NCBI RefSeq assembly: GCF_963921235.1
Contig: NC_086097.1
Location: 205,904,001-205,968,000, forward strand
Length of the DNA stretch: 64,000 bases
Reading direction: 5' to 3'
Source: Mobula hypostoma
Taxonomy: Eukaryota
Shown here: positions 1 through 10,900 of the stretch, in pieces
Numbering within the stretch: position 1 is the stretch's first letter
Layout of the letters: every line of letters starts with the position of its first letter
Notes under the pieces: model-generated
Seen by the model: the letters and a program-made list of their open reading frames with translations, nothing else
The model's database searches: none
Told to the model about the DNA's origin: nothing
Position numbers and translations under genes: made by a program

Positions 1-195
1 ACTTGCTCTTATAGACTCAGAATTTATGTGCCTAGTCTGGATGGCTTTTCGTGCTTTCTGCTAACAAATGTTGATATTCATATTTGTAATAACCAACCAT
101 CCTGTATCATCAGAGGGGTCTCATGGAACTGCCTTCTGTTTGGTTCCTTAAGTTTGTTATATCCTGGGGGGATGGGGGGTGGGAGGAGGGGTTTT

Positions 196-687
196 GGGGA
201 TAAGCTCCTACTGCCTATTGAATGCTCCCAGTGTGGCATGCATCTCAAATAGCCTCTGACAACCAAGTCCAGCTCCTGGCCTTCACGTGTAGCTTAGCCC
301 AATGGAACCATTTTTACCGACAGGAGAAGGGCGAAGGTGGGTTACTGATGCCTTACAACTGGTAGCTTCTGACAAAGGGGGCTTGACAGCTATGGTTAGC
401 AGCTCATCTAAGAGAAGAAAATCTCTGATTTCAAACCTCTGCTGCCTTAAGCCTATACCCACTCACGGGGAAGGCTTCAGAAGTAAACCCTGAGAAAAAA
501 ATCCTACATCGAGCGCAACATTGGCAACACCTGCAATGCTAAACTGTATTGGTCTCTGCTGTTTCTCTGGAATTATCAATTACATGGAGAGGGGGAGACT
601 GCTGCATGGTCAACAGCTCGCTCTCCATATCATGTGGACAACTAGGATGCAAAATTACTGGTCAATTTCGTCCAATGGAGGGCCTCA
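196..687 (+). mobile_element. Non-autonomous RTE-derived retroelement (RTE 5'-like head, shared body, RTE-like 3' tail)
   Basis: 480-570 matches the reverse complement of 63880-64000. 586-630 (ggagagggggagactgctgcatggtcaacagctcgctctccatat) matches the body of the SINEs at 52913 and 60150 and rc 63640-63685. The 3' end resembles the RTE tail at rc 59321-59375. A possible TSD CTTCTGTT at 133-140/689-696 would move the start to 141. Confidence 0.7.
197..326 (+). ncRNA. Decayed HDV-like (nested double pseudoknot) ribozyme fold
   Basis: P1 GGGAUAA(197-203)/UUAGCCC(294-300), 6 of 7 pairs; P2 CUCCUG(273-278)/CAGGAG(321-326); P3 GCC/AGC; L3 UUCACGUGU; P4 303-316; J4/2 CCGA(317-320). The J1/4 GG is replaced by AA. 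Confidence 0.5.
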
Positions 688-849
688 GCTTCTGTTAGAT
701 TATGAGAGTACCCAAGCGAACAACTGCAGAAAAGTCCACAACATCCATATTATGACGTGCCCTACAAGAAACAATAGAATTAATTCAATGAGAATGACCA
801 GGAGATCCAATAAGATGACCAACTACAGTTTTCAGCAATGGAATTTCCA

Positions 850-1155
850 TAATCCTCAGTGAAGCAAAATATGGTTCTCAGACCCCATGAAGGCTAAGGT
901 CCAATAAAACCATATGACTTCAAAGATCCGAAAATTGTAAGCAACTTTAATAACGGAGGTATATCTGATTGTGATGATTAAAGGTGGTCTGTCTGCAAGG
1001 ATACTTCTTAAACCACTTTCTAGGTTGAAGGTTTGATCCCTGAAAACAGGAAGCAGCATCAACCACTATGTATAGGCTTGTTCAACCTATCAATCGGGAA
1101 TAACTGGAGAGAAACCTCCTTAAATTTCGTCACCTTCACAATTCCATCTTAACTC
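850..1155 (-). pseudogene. Possible highly decayed L1 ORF1 fragment
   Basis: Minus-strand peptides RPPLIITIRY, FRIFE and YFASLRI occur in the order of the L1 ORF1 motifs RPRPIIVRF / IRIFPD / YPAKLRI. Weak match. Confidence 0.3.
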
Positions 1156-1408
1156 TGTTTGCTACTAGATGGCACACATGCAAAGATTCCAACAAATGAA
1201 TCCACCACAGATGCAATCCCAGAGCAGACTGGGATCAGGCAAGGTCGTCATTCCTCAAAGTCAAGATCAAGTTGATTGTCACGTGCATGGGTACATGCAT
1301 GCACGGTTGCAACAAAAACTTACTTGCAGCACCATAACAAGCATATGGCATCATGAATTGCAGTTGTAAGAAAAACTAATTAAAAAAACAAATTTTACAC
1401 AATTTTTT

Positions 1409-1755
1409 TGCTGCCTGACCCACTGAGTTTCTCCAGCTGTTTGAATTTTCTTTTGAGATCATAATTCCTGCTTCCTCATCTGTGAACCATTTTGTTTTTT
1501 TACACTATACATTATCATCTGCTTCAAAATTGACTATTATCTTTCTATTTCACCTGTTAGTTTCTAATCCCTCAAAGAATTTCCCTTTCATGGATTTACA
1601 TCCTCTCTTCCTTTCCCTACCTGGTTGTATCAACTTAAAACATGTTACCTCTTTAACTACTTCTATTTCTGATGAAGGGTCCATGACCTAACATTCTTCC
1701 TCTCTCACTAATGCTACCCATTGAGCTGAATTTTTCCTGAAGTTACTGCATTTCT
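1409..1755 (+). mobile_element. Decayed Penelope-derived non-autonomous repeat
   Basis: ctgagtttctccagc at ~1424 and ctgatgaagggtccatgacct at 1669 match motifs in the elements at 4542-4714 and 46380-46625. Confidence 0.45.
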
Positions 1756-3070
1756 TAAAGTAAAAGTCGCAATTTCTCCTGCAATAACAATGTTTTCTCG
1801 TACTTTTCTTACCAAGTACCAAATGATGACCTTAGCACAACTAAGACATCAGAGATAATCCAGTAACCAGGAAAAAAAAGATGACAATAAACTCCAATTT
1901 ATGGGCGAGTGTGTGTTCCTGAGTTAACAGCATTATCTGTTAATTGCCTGTGAAATAAATATGGCTTTTTCATACCAGCAAGAAAAAACAGAAAGAAGAA
2001 TCCAGAATTAATCTAACAGATTGCAGGATTGGTGTGATAACAGTCTTCAAACAAAATTGCAGCAGACTGATGCTGTTCCAAGTAACTCAGGCCTGCTGGA
2101 GTCAAAATGGTTAAGGCTTTAGTCATCGAAGCTGTTGGACGCTGTGCACGTATGAATGCTGGTTAAGAACAGGATTTGGTCATTGCTGTTATATCTGCCA
2201 ACACTCATTCTATGGGTTTAAACATGAAAAATAAACCCTCTGGCAAAATATCAAACTGCAAATGGTGTTTGTGAATCAATAGCTCATCATTATTCAAAGC
2301 TTGCATGAGAACAGGAAGAAAAATAGAGCGGGGAAAGTAAAAACAAAATCAATATAACAATATATAACTCACATAAGCTATCAGAATGAATTCAGTTATG
2401 AACGGGACAAGTGAGAAATTAGTTTGATCGTGGCTCAAAGGGAATATGAGCTCTTCACTAGGGCACATTTTTCTGTTTTTACGAAACTTAGTGACACAAT
2501 TATCAATTGACATTTGTCTGAAAGCAATAAAGGACCAATTTTCTTTCTTCAGCACTTCCTCATGCTATCAGGGTGGCAAAGTAGCATTCTGTCAAAGGCT
2601 GTTTATAAGTCAAATACAAAACCAGCATTGTACCTGCACTAAAACAGCATGTGGGATACTGTTACATTGAATAAAAACCATAAAATCCTGCAAAACAAAT
2701 TGTAAAGCAGCAGAGATTATTGTTCAACATTACAGAAACTAATAAATGTTATCTCTCAGAAGGGCTTGTATATCCAGTGGGGACTGCAAAATATTTGGTC
2801 ATTCTAATAAAGATAACAGACTAAGTTATTAATATAATACAAAATATATATTAAAATAAGCCATTTTATTAATGAAGTGCAACTCGTAACACAACTCCTG
2901 GCTAAAATATGGATAAAGATTATCTTCCAAGCTATCCCAGTAATATTTTAAACTGGCAAGAAGATTTGTCACCTAGAATCAGTGTCCTTCTCTTCAACAC
3001 TTACACCTCTGAAAATTAATGAATGTGTTGCTTGTTCAGCGTAGTGTCACTTTATCAGGCATACGCTGAA

Positions 3071-3086
3071 CCAGTAGGGGGCAGTG
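3071..3086 (+). promoter_or_regulatory. CTCF core motif
   Basis: CCAGTAGGGGGCAGTG fits the CTCF consensus CCASYAGRKGGCRS exactly and lies in TE-free sequence. Confidence 0.55.
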
Positions 3087-3269
3087 CACAAAGTAATAAC
3101 CTTAGTACAAAACCAGAATGAAGCTCCAAAAAAAGTAGGTGATCATTGCTAATAATAGCAAAGCAGCTGACAAGTGAAACCGGGTTAAGGAGCAATATGA
3201 ATTACGTAGAAATAGCCCATCAAAGAGTATCTAATTGGAACTAATCCATAGTAGAGTAAAAGAGAGCTG

Positions 3270-3775
3270 TGTACATAAATCTATTGATGCTTCTGGACAC
3301 ATCTTCAGTGATGTTCCTGGAATCATCGGGTGTTTCGGGTCTTTCAACATCATACAACCTCCTCCAGGTGACCCAGCCGGGGCTGATCAGACCCCAGCTT
3401 GTGTCCAGGTGGCTAGCTACTTATGATTCCATGGCTCCCCTCTTTTGAGCCATAGCCATCTTGAGGCCCTCTCTGCCGCATCAGTGGTACTGCGGATGGT
3501 TCTCCTCTTCCTCCAGAATTTGGTTAACATCTTCATCAAACTGCTTCCACAGTGAAGTCATGTTAGCTGCAGGCCTTTTGATCCGCCTCCTGTTAGACTT
3601 CATGTTCGAGGGATTAGTTTGCAACACTTGGAGGTTCCGGGCACTATTGGGTGACTCCGGGCCTGGCCCCTCCTTTGTCCCACCAGGTTGGACACCTGCG
3701 CGTTCTGCTGCTCCTGCTCCCGCTAAACACTTCATCCTCGCTTCGTGGATCTTCAAGCTGCGATCGTTCTTGCAG
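3270..3775 (-). mobile_element. Internally deleted HERO (R2/NeSL-group) non-LTR retrotransposon
   Basis: N-terminal CKNDRSLKIHEARMKC...PGPESPNSARNL...RIKRPAAN...WKQFDEDVNQILE is joined directly to C-terminal TTDAAERASRWLWLKRG, followed by a HERO-type 3'UTR (gacccgaaacacccgatgattccaggaacatcactgaagatgtgtcc). Confidence 0.75.
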
Positions 3776-4541
3776 ATTCAAATAATAATTAAGAATAAGA
3801 ACCAGCTGAAGTGGACACCTTGAGTTAGCATGTGGAAGTTGGGCAGAAGAGTCACTTTTCGCTCTCCATGACCCTATAACAATTTGACTTATGGTTTTAA
3901 TTGCATTGACCGCTTGGAGGTAATTGCATTGCGCACCTTTAGATAGTTGCATGCAAGTTCAATGAGAAAATTGGAAATACTTCATAGGTCAAAGGCAGCT
4001 GTATAATTTTCTTAACTAAGGATCTAAAACAAAGTGGATCCTTTCATTTGACTTCAAATGAAAAGGGAAGTTTTGGTATGTTTTAGTTTATTTTTCTTTG
4101 ATTGGATAATTATGTTTTAAATGTGTAATGTGCTTTTAAATAAATGTATTATAATTTAAATTATGTTTAATTATTCTGATTTATTCCAAAAGTTAGATTC
4201 CTAATTACCTGAGACATTTGAAGGCAGTGATTGGGACATGAGCTTTCAAGAAGGCCATCAGGATAGTGACAGATTTGCACAGTCAGGCAGACCCCGCCCT
4301 GCTCCCCGCTACCCCAGTCTACATCCAGCTAATAAGAACCACTTGCCAGTCGTTTCTGACTCATCACCTGTACCCCATTTAAACCCAGCTCTCATCTACA
4401 GCCTTTATTCACTTGTTGAACCAGCCAGCCTCAACTATTTGTTCCTAGCCTCAGTTACTTTGTTACCTGTGGTGTTTAGCATCTGTACTGTCTTCTTTTG
4501 TGGCTCCTTGTGGCTTGTTATTTTTGCAATCTATTATTAAA

Positions 4542-4714
4542 TTTCAAAACATGAGAAAGGCTGCAGATGCTGGAGATCCAAGACAACACACACAATATGC
4601 TGGAGGTACTCAGTAGGCCAAGCTGCATCTATGGGAAGGAGGAAGCAGCTGATATTTCAGGCTGAGACCCTTGTTCAGGACTGCTGAGTTCTTCCAGCAT
4701 TTTTGTGTGTTGCT
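4542..4714. mobile_element. Penelope-derived non-autonomous element inserted in the Gypsy 5' LTR
   Basis: 10-bp TSD TATTATTAAA at 4532-4541 and 4715-4724. Inverted repeat caacacacacaatatgctggaggtactcag / ctgagttcttccagcatttttgtgtgttg. Hammerhead-like core on the minus strand. Confidence 0.75.
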
Positions 4715-5344
4715 TATTATTAAAGTTATTGCTCATTACTGATGGTCTCTGCTACCTGCTTTTGGGTCAAGCTTATCCTACATTTCCTAATAAGAATGGT
4801 GGTGCAGTGATTGACCCAGCAGTGATTTCTCACCTCAAGGAACTCACCTGCCACCATCATCACACAACCCAGAAGGAGCAAGAGACCTTTGCCCATCTGT
4901 TTGGATTTCCTATCAAGCACATCTTCTGTGTCATGGCCATTGATGGATGTCCCTTGAGGACTGGGATGGTCAGAAGGTGCACGTAGCCTGTGCACATGAG
5001 CATCAGAGAGCATGGTGAGTGCACCTAATTCCTCCTTATCGACTCGCCCAACACTCCTGTCATCCATGTTTCCCCCTGGCTCTCCACTCACAACCCTCAT
5101 TTTGCCTGGTCACCCGCTTCATTGCTGAGTTGGGGACCCACCTGCCAGGCCGCTTGCTTGCAACCTTAATTGTCCATAAATCTGTGGAGACAGAGCACAC
5201 CCTCCACCTCAACAGACACCTGTAGGAATACCTTGACTTTGCCATCACCTTCAGTGAAAGGGAAGCCAGCAGCATGCTGCCTCACAGACCACACTACCGT
5301 ATGATTGATCTCCACCCAGGCACCACCACCCTTCCCTGAAGTCA

Positions 5345-5520
5345 TCTGTTCTTCTAATTTGTAATTTATTTTTTATTTGTGTTGGGAGAGGGAGGGTTTT
5401 GAGGTTTTTCTTTGAATTGTTTCCAGGGTTTTCTTGGTTTTGTGGGCTGTGGACAAACAAATCTCGGGGTTGTATACTGCATACATACTTTGATAATAAA
5501 TGTACTTCGAATGTTGAAAC
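5345..5520 (+). mobile_element. SINE/LINE 3' tail fragment (Rex1/Babar-type tail) inside the Gypsy element
   Basis: Ends aatctcggggttgtatactgcatacatactttgataataaatgtacttcgaa, the same tail as at 19880-19935, rc 24119-24190 and 26280-26350. Confidence 0.65.
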
Positions 5521-7814
5521 ACTGTAGGGCCCAGATCTTCAAATTAGATCTATGGAATGCGTACAACTTGATTTTCATCTGCCAGGGGATGAGCGGAAGA
5601 GAGTGTTCATAACACCGAATGGCCACTATACATACTTGGTGATATCTTTCAAACTTTCCAAAAGTTCAGCCATTTTCCAAGCCTTCTTTAACAAGATCAT
5701 CCCAGATGTGCTACACAGGTATATGTTCATCTATCTCAATGGCATCCTTATCTTCTCCAAAGACCATCAAAACATTTGTTCAGTCCTTCAGCAACTCCTC
5801 GAAAACCAGCTGTACAGCAAGTTAGAGACATACCAGTTCAACATGCCAGTCATTTCCTTCCTGGGTTTCACCCCAAGGCATAACCACGGACCCAGAGAAA
5901 GTATGTGAAATTGTTAAATGACCCAGGCCTCATTGCCACAAACAGCTACAGAACTTCCTGAGATTCTCCAACTTTTCCTGCCGTTTTATCAGGAACTACA
6001 GTCAATTTGCCACTCCCCTCACCTCCATCACCAAATTACCTACCTCACAGATAATCTGGTCTGTTACCACAGACCAGGCCTTTTTTTCTCCCAAGGAGCT
6101 CAAGTGATGCTTCACCATTGCTCCGGTTTCCTGGCATCTGAACTGCTCCACACCTATTGTGGTAGAGATAGACACATCTGACATTGTATCTTAGCACAGA
6201 CCGAATGCAAAGACATACCCTCGACATGGGTTGAGGTGGTTGGTCTGTTGTATGGATACAAGTTTCAGGTGTCAGTCCAGATCAGGAAAGACAACCAATA
6301 TCTCTATTCCTCCAAGGCCCATTTAATGGTGAGTAGCTCCCTGTCTTCAGTGGTGACTGTTTCTCTAAGGCAGCCCACTTTATTGACTTCCCCCAAACTT
6401 ACATCAGCCACTGGGATGGCGGGCCTAGTTCTCCAACGTACCTCGTCTCCATGATTTCCCTTGGGACATTGTGTTGGACTGGAGTGCACCTCAGTGAATT
6501 TATCCTCTGGCTATCATCCACAGACCACCGATCAGTCAGAAACAGCCAATCACCAAGTGTAGAATATTCTGCGATGCTTTCACACCTCTCCAACCCTTTC
6601 ACATGGAAGATGTATCAGCTCTGGACCGAACTGTCCAATAATCTACACACCTCCTCTGCCACAGTTATGTCACCTTTTGCAATGCTTCATGGCTACCAAC
6701 CCATTACTCCCCAGTGCTGGAGCTCTGGTCTGCCAGGGCTCTGGTTAACTGCTGCTAGAATGATTGAAAGAGGGTGCAGAGGGCTATCCTAGCTGCCAGC
6801 CACACGTACTGCCACAGGGCCGACAACCCGTGGTGCTTAGCCAGACTATTATGGCCTGGGAACCAAGTCTAGCTGTTCATCTAAGATCTGCCCCTGTGCA
6901 CCAACTACCACAACCTCTTCCCACCACCAGTTTATTGGTCCCTTCAAGATTACCCATTGCGCCAATGCAGTCACTTACGATCTCCAACTGCCACCATCCC
7001 TCTGGATAACACCTACCTTCCATGTGCCCTGCCTCAAACCGCCAGAGCCTGCACCTCTGCAACCTAGGATGGTAGAATGTGGTCCAGTGTATACGGTTCA
7101 ATGGTCGACATGGTGTACAATATCTGATTGACTGGGAAGGGTAGAGCCTGGAGTAGAGTTCTTGGGTGCCATCCAGTTTCATCTTGGATCCATCACTCAG
7201 TGAGGAGTTCCACTGAACCCATCTGGATTATACTGGGCTGTCTGATGCCAGCCGTAGTGGGGGTGGGGAAGAGGAAGAGTGAGGTCCTGTCTGCCTGAAC
7301 AGGTAGATACATCCCAGTCTCCACCCAGCTAACAGCAGTCACCTGCAACTTGCTTCTAACTCATCACCTGCAGCCCATTTAAACAGCCAGTTGCTCCTAC
7401 CCTTCAGTTACCTTGTTGTCTGTGAGGTTAAGTGTCTGTTCTCTCACTTTGTGGTCCCTCATGGTTTGTTCTTCTTGTGGTCCATTACTTAAGTTACCTC
7501 TCATCACCGAATTTTCTCTGGGGATCAGTTTTTGGCTCAAGCCTCCTTTACGTTTCCTGAAAGATTGCCTATGGCAGAGTTTCAGGCTGTATTGCCTGTA
7601 ACAGCAGTGAAGAAGTTTCAACACCATTAAGAGTAACACAGCAGCAGAAGGCTATCATATTAATGGCTTCACACATTGCAAGGTATGGGTGAGAGGAACA
7701 ACAATAGGCCACAAGCCACACCTAGTATGCTTTGACATTTTTTGACTCCTGTTGATTGTCATATCCTTGCTCAATGATAAGAATTAATTCAAAAAAAGTG
7801 GACCATACAGAAGT

Positions 7815-7890
7815 TAGAAACCATAGGAACCATAGAAAAACTACAGCACAGAAAAAGGCCTTTTGGCCCTTCTTGGCTGTGCCGAACTGT
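7815..7890 (-). mobile_element. Severely 5'-truncated CR1 (3' tail only)
   Basis: Nearly identical to 43675-43735 (tagaaaccatagaaactacagcacagaaacaggccttttggcccttcttggctgtgcc). Confidence 0.8.
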
Positions 7891-9964
7891 TTTTCCATTA
7901 TTAGATCAAAACCTTTCCCAAGTTTTCTTCTCAAACATTGGTGTAAATTTAAATAATGAAACAATTAAATCACTGTGTGGTGCTAGGAAATTGTGCTTTG
8001 TATATTGGCAAATGAACCTCCAAGATCCCATGAGAAGTGTGTTGATCTGCTTTACCAAGAAAACAAATAATGTAATTCAGAAGTATTATGATATTTCTTG
8101 GAGTTCTGTTAGAGATTAAAATAAATAATAGAATTATTTTACACAAAGGATTGCAATCAATCATTCCACTCCATATTCTGCAGCAACACTAAATTACAGA
8201 GCTGCCTGCTAGCTTACAATTTTACCCGAGTATGGATATGCTTTTCGGTAGAGGCTTTGATAGAAGTTGTCTAATTTGCTCAACCCATTTGTTGAGGACC
8301 TATGATAGTCACTAGATACGAATATCCATGGATCTATGCAATAATGTAATACTGTCATCCTAGTTAGAAAATTATGAATAGTAAATGTTTATTATTTGGT
8401 TAAGGATAGCTGGGTGAGAATCATTTATATGGTATCTGTTATTATAAATGTTATGACTCTGTGAACTTAGTTGTATACATGAAATGATGTTTTTTGCTAA
8501 ACTGATCAACCACTGGAAAATGTAATCTGATTTGAGGAATTGATGAGATCTAGCATGAGGTTTGAAATATCTTACAAGAACTTGAAAAGAAATGTTTTGG
8601 ATTTTCTGATTGCCAGGTTTGGTGCTCGCTGTACAGGGGGACTAAGTAAAATCAAGGTAACACGATTTGTCAGTGATACTCATCCTGAAACTGTGAATTG
8701 AAACCTGTGGAGCAGGATCTGACAGTGTGCCATACATCTGGAAACAATGGACTAAAGAAATGAACATAACTCTGGATTAGACCCAAAGAAAAAGGTTCCA
8801 TATAAAGCATTTCAATTAGAAAGTACAGACAGGTGGTTTTAGAGATAATCACCTTAATTCCCAAGATGTGAGAACTGATCACTCTTTAACTCCTGTATTG
8901 CACCCACCAAGGCAAGGTTGTATGGAATGTTAGTACTTTCTCTGCATTAAAGTCATTGCATGTGAACCTTTGTATTTTTGTAAGAGAATTCTAGTGTTGC
9001 TTAACTGTTTACTGTTTGTATTTTGAGCACCTTAAATGGAATCTTGTTTGAAATTTGGTATATATTTTATATGATGGAAATATTTTATCTAATTGGTTAA
9101 ATAATATACAGATTAAAAATATAACCAGCTCCCATAAATTAACTTTTTCCAACAGATTAGATTAACCATTTTGAAATAGCATGTATCCATCCAGAGCAGT
9201 GTGCATGAATTTGAAATGGGTTAAATGCTGATCTCCAGCACTACGTGTGTGAATCTAACACATTCCCTGTCCTCTGGGTGTTACATTGCAGAGGCATGTG
9301 ATTAAGCCAGAGAGGGAGCAAAACCATCGTTAGGACTGGAGGGCTTGAGTTATGAGGAGAGAATGGGACTGTTATCCCTGAAGAAAATGCAAGTGAGGAA
9401 TGATCTAAGAGGTTTACAAAATTGAGGGGCAAAGATGTGGCAAATTGATTATCCATTGTCAACTCTCCATGTGGATAAATGAGTGGTAGATTCTAGGAAG
9501 CTTTTGGGAATGTGGGAAGAATTTAAAAACAAAACTAATGCACAAGCGGTGTAAATAAACTTTTAATGGTTGTCATGAACTCACTGCAAAGCAAAATTAA
9601 ATAAATAGGTTTTGGGTTAGTGTTTAAAAATGTTAACTGTGTCTTCATCCTTATAGGTATTGAGTTCCACGGTTAAGGAGTGGAGTTGCTTTTTTTCTAA
9701 AAAAAAAGAAAAGCTGACCTGGCAATTTTCTTTTGAGGGAGATTGTTTAAATTTAAAATACCAGCAGAAAGCCAGGTCTCATCACATATGAACCACCAGT
9801 AGCGTTATACTGTTTACTTTTTATCTTGTGCTGCAAGTGCACCTTATTATTTATGTAATATTACTTTGTTTAAGGAACATGTATGGTGTTGTGCACCTTG
9901 GTCTAGAGGAACTTTGTTTCATTTGGCAGTATACATATGGATGATTGAATCACAATAAACAGAA

Positions 9965-10165
9965 CTTGAAGACCTGAGTGCTCGAGCAGGATTATATAAC
10001 AAAAACTGTTCTGTGATATACTTCAATCCCAGACCATTGAGAGTTTTTAAAAACAAGATAACTTTAAAATCAATTCTAAAAGACACAGGAAGCCAATGCG
10101 GAGAGGTGCGGACAGGAATGATATACTCCCTCATCCTGGTTTTAGTCAAAAGTCTAGCAGTGGTG
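9965..10165 (-). mobile_element. L2 LINE ORF2 C-terminal fragment
   Basis: IIPVRTSPHWLPVSFRIDFKVIL...LNGLG..Y....YNPARALRSS is the typical L2 C-terminal motif. Confidence 0.8.
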
Positions 10166-10359
10166 ATCTGAATGAGTTGAAGGTTCTGGTTGCCTTATTA
10201 TATAGGAAGTATGTATTAGCTTTACATAAAGTCACTTGTATAACTAAAGGTATAGCACCAGATAAAAAGGAATTCTGATCTCTTGTTATTTGTTTTTTTG
10301 GTGGGGTGGGTTGTACCATATCTTTCTTTAAATTGCCTTGGAGGTAATTTAATAAATCA

Positions 10360-10900
10360 GACTGTGGCAAACACATAGGTTTTAGGAAAATATGAATCCT
10401 ACAGATCTGGGAACATCATTCTCCAGGAAAGAGGTTCAACTTTTTTTTATGGCTTGGACCAATATAATTAAATAAAGGGTCTGTGGACCCCACGTTGGGA
10501 ACACCTTCTCAAGAAGGATGTACTTCCAAAGAATGGAGCAGAAAAGATTGCTGATTGATTCCTGTAATGACATGTTTGAAGAATCAGAGAAGGTCATTTG
10601 AAAATTCACAATAATCTACACAGTTCATATCTACACTCCTTGAGGAGTTTTTTTTTAAAAAAAAACAAGGGTCACACCATTGAGAAAAGCACTTGGCCTA
10701 TCAGAACTAAGATGATAAGAAATATCTTCATCCCGGGAGAAGTGAATCTTTGGAATTCTTTATCCACGGATGCAGAGTTGCTGAATTTATCAATGTCAGT
10801 GATGTGAACCGAAGGATGTGATGTTATTGCAGAAAAGCTTCATTGAGCTAAAAGAGGAGCCATAATCTTTCAGAGGCACAAATGGTCCATTCTGCCTTCT
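10360..10900 (+). mobile_element. Old CR1 3' fragment containing a probable decayed ~80-bp hAT-type MITE (10425-10507)
   Basis: CR1 motifs agaactaagatgataagaaatatcttc and gtgaatctttggaattcttt. The short insert has degenerate inverted ends (gaggttcaac.../...gttgggaacacc). Confidence 0.55.

Larger units (their letters stand above)
4265..7562 (+). mobile_element. Decayed Gypsy chromovirus (sushi-like) LTR retrotransposon with both LTRs
   Basis: Related LTRs at ~4265-4792 and 7288-7562 (both contain ctcatcacctg..cccatttaaac). Purine tract 7257-7285. Protease AIDGCPL; RT KLDLWNAYN...FIYLNGILIFS; RNase H; integrase FSKAAHF; FIGPFKI...PTFHVPCLKP; chromodomain YLIDWEG...SWVPSSFILDPSL at ~7115-7215. 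Many stops, frameshifts and deletions. Confidence 0.9.
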
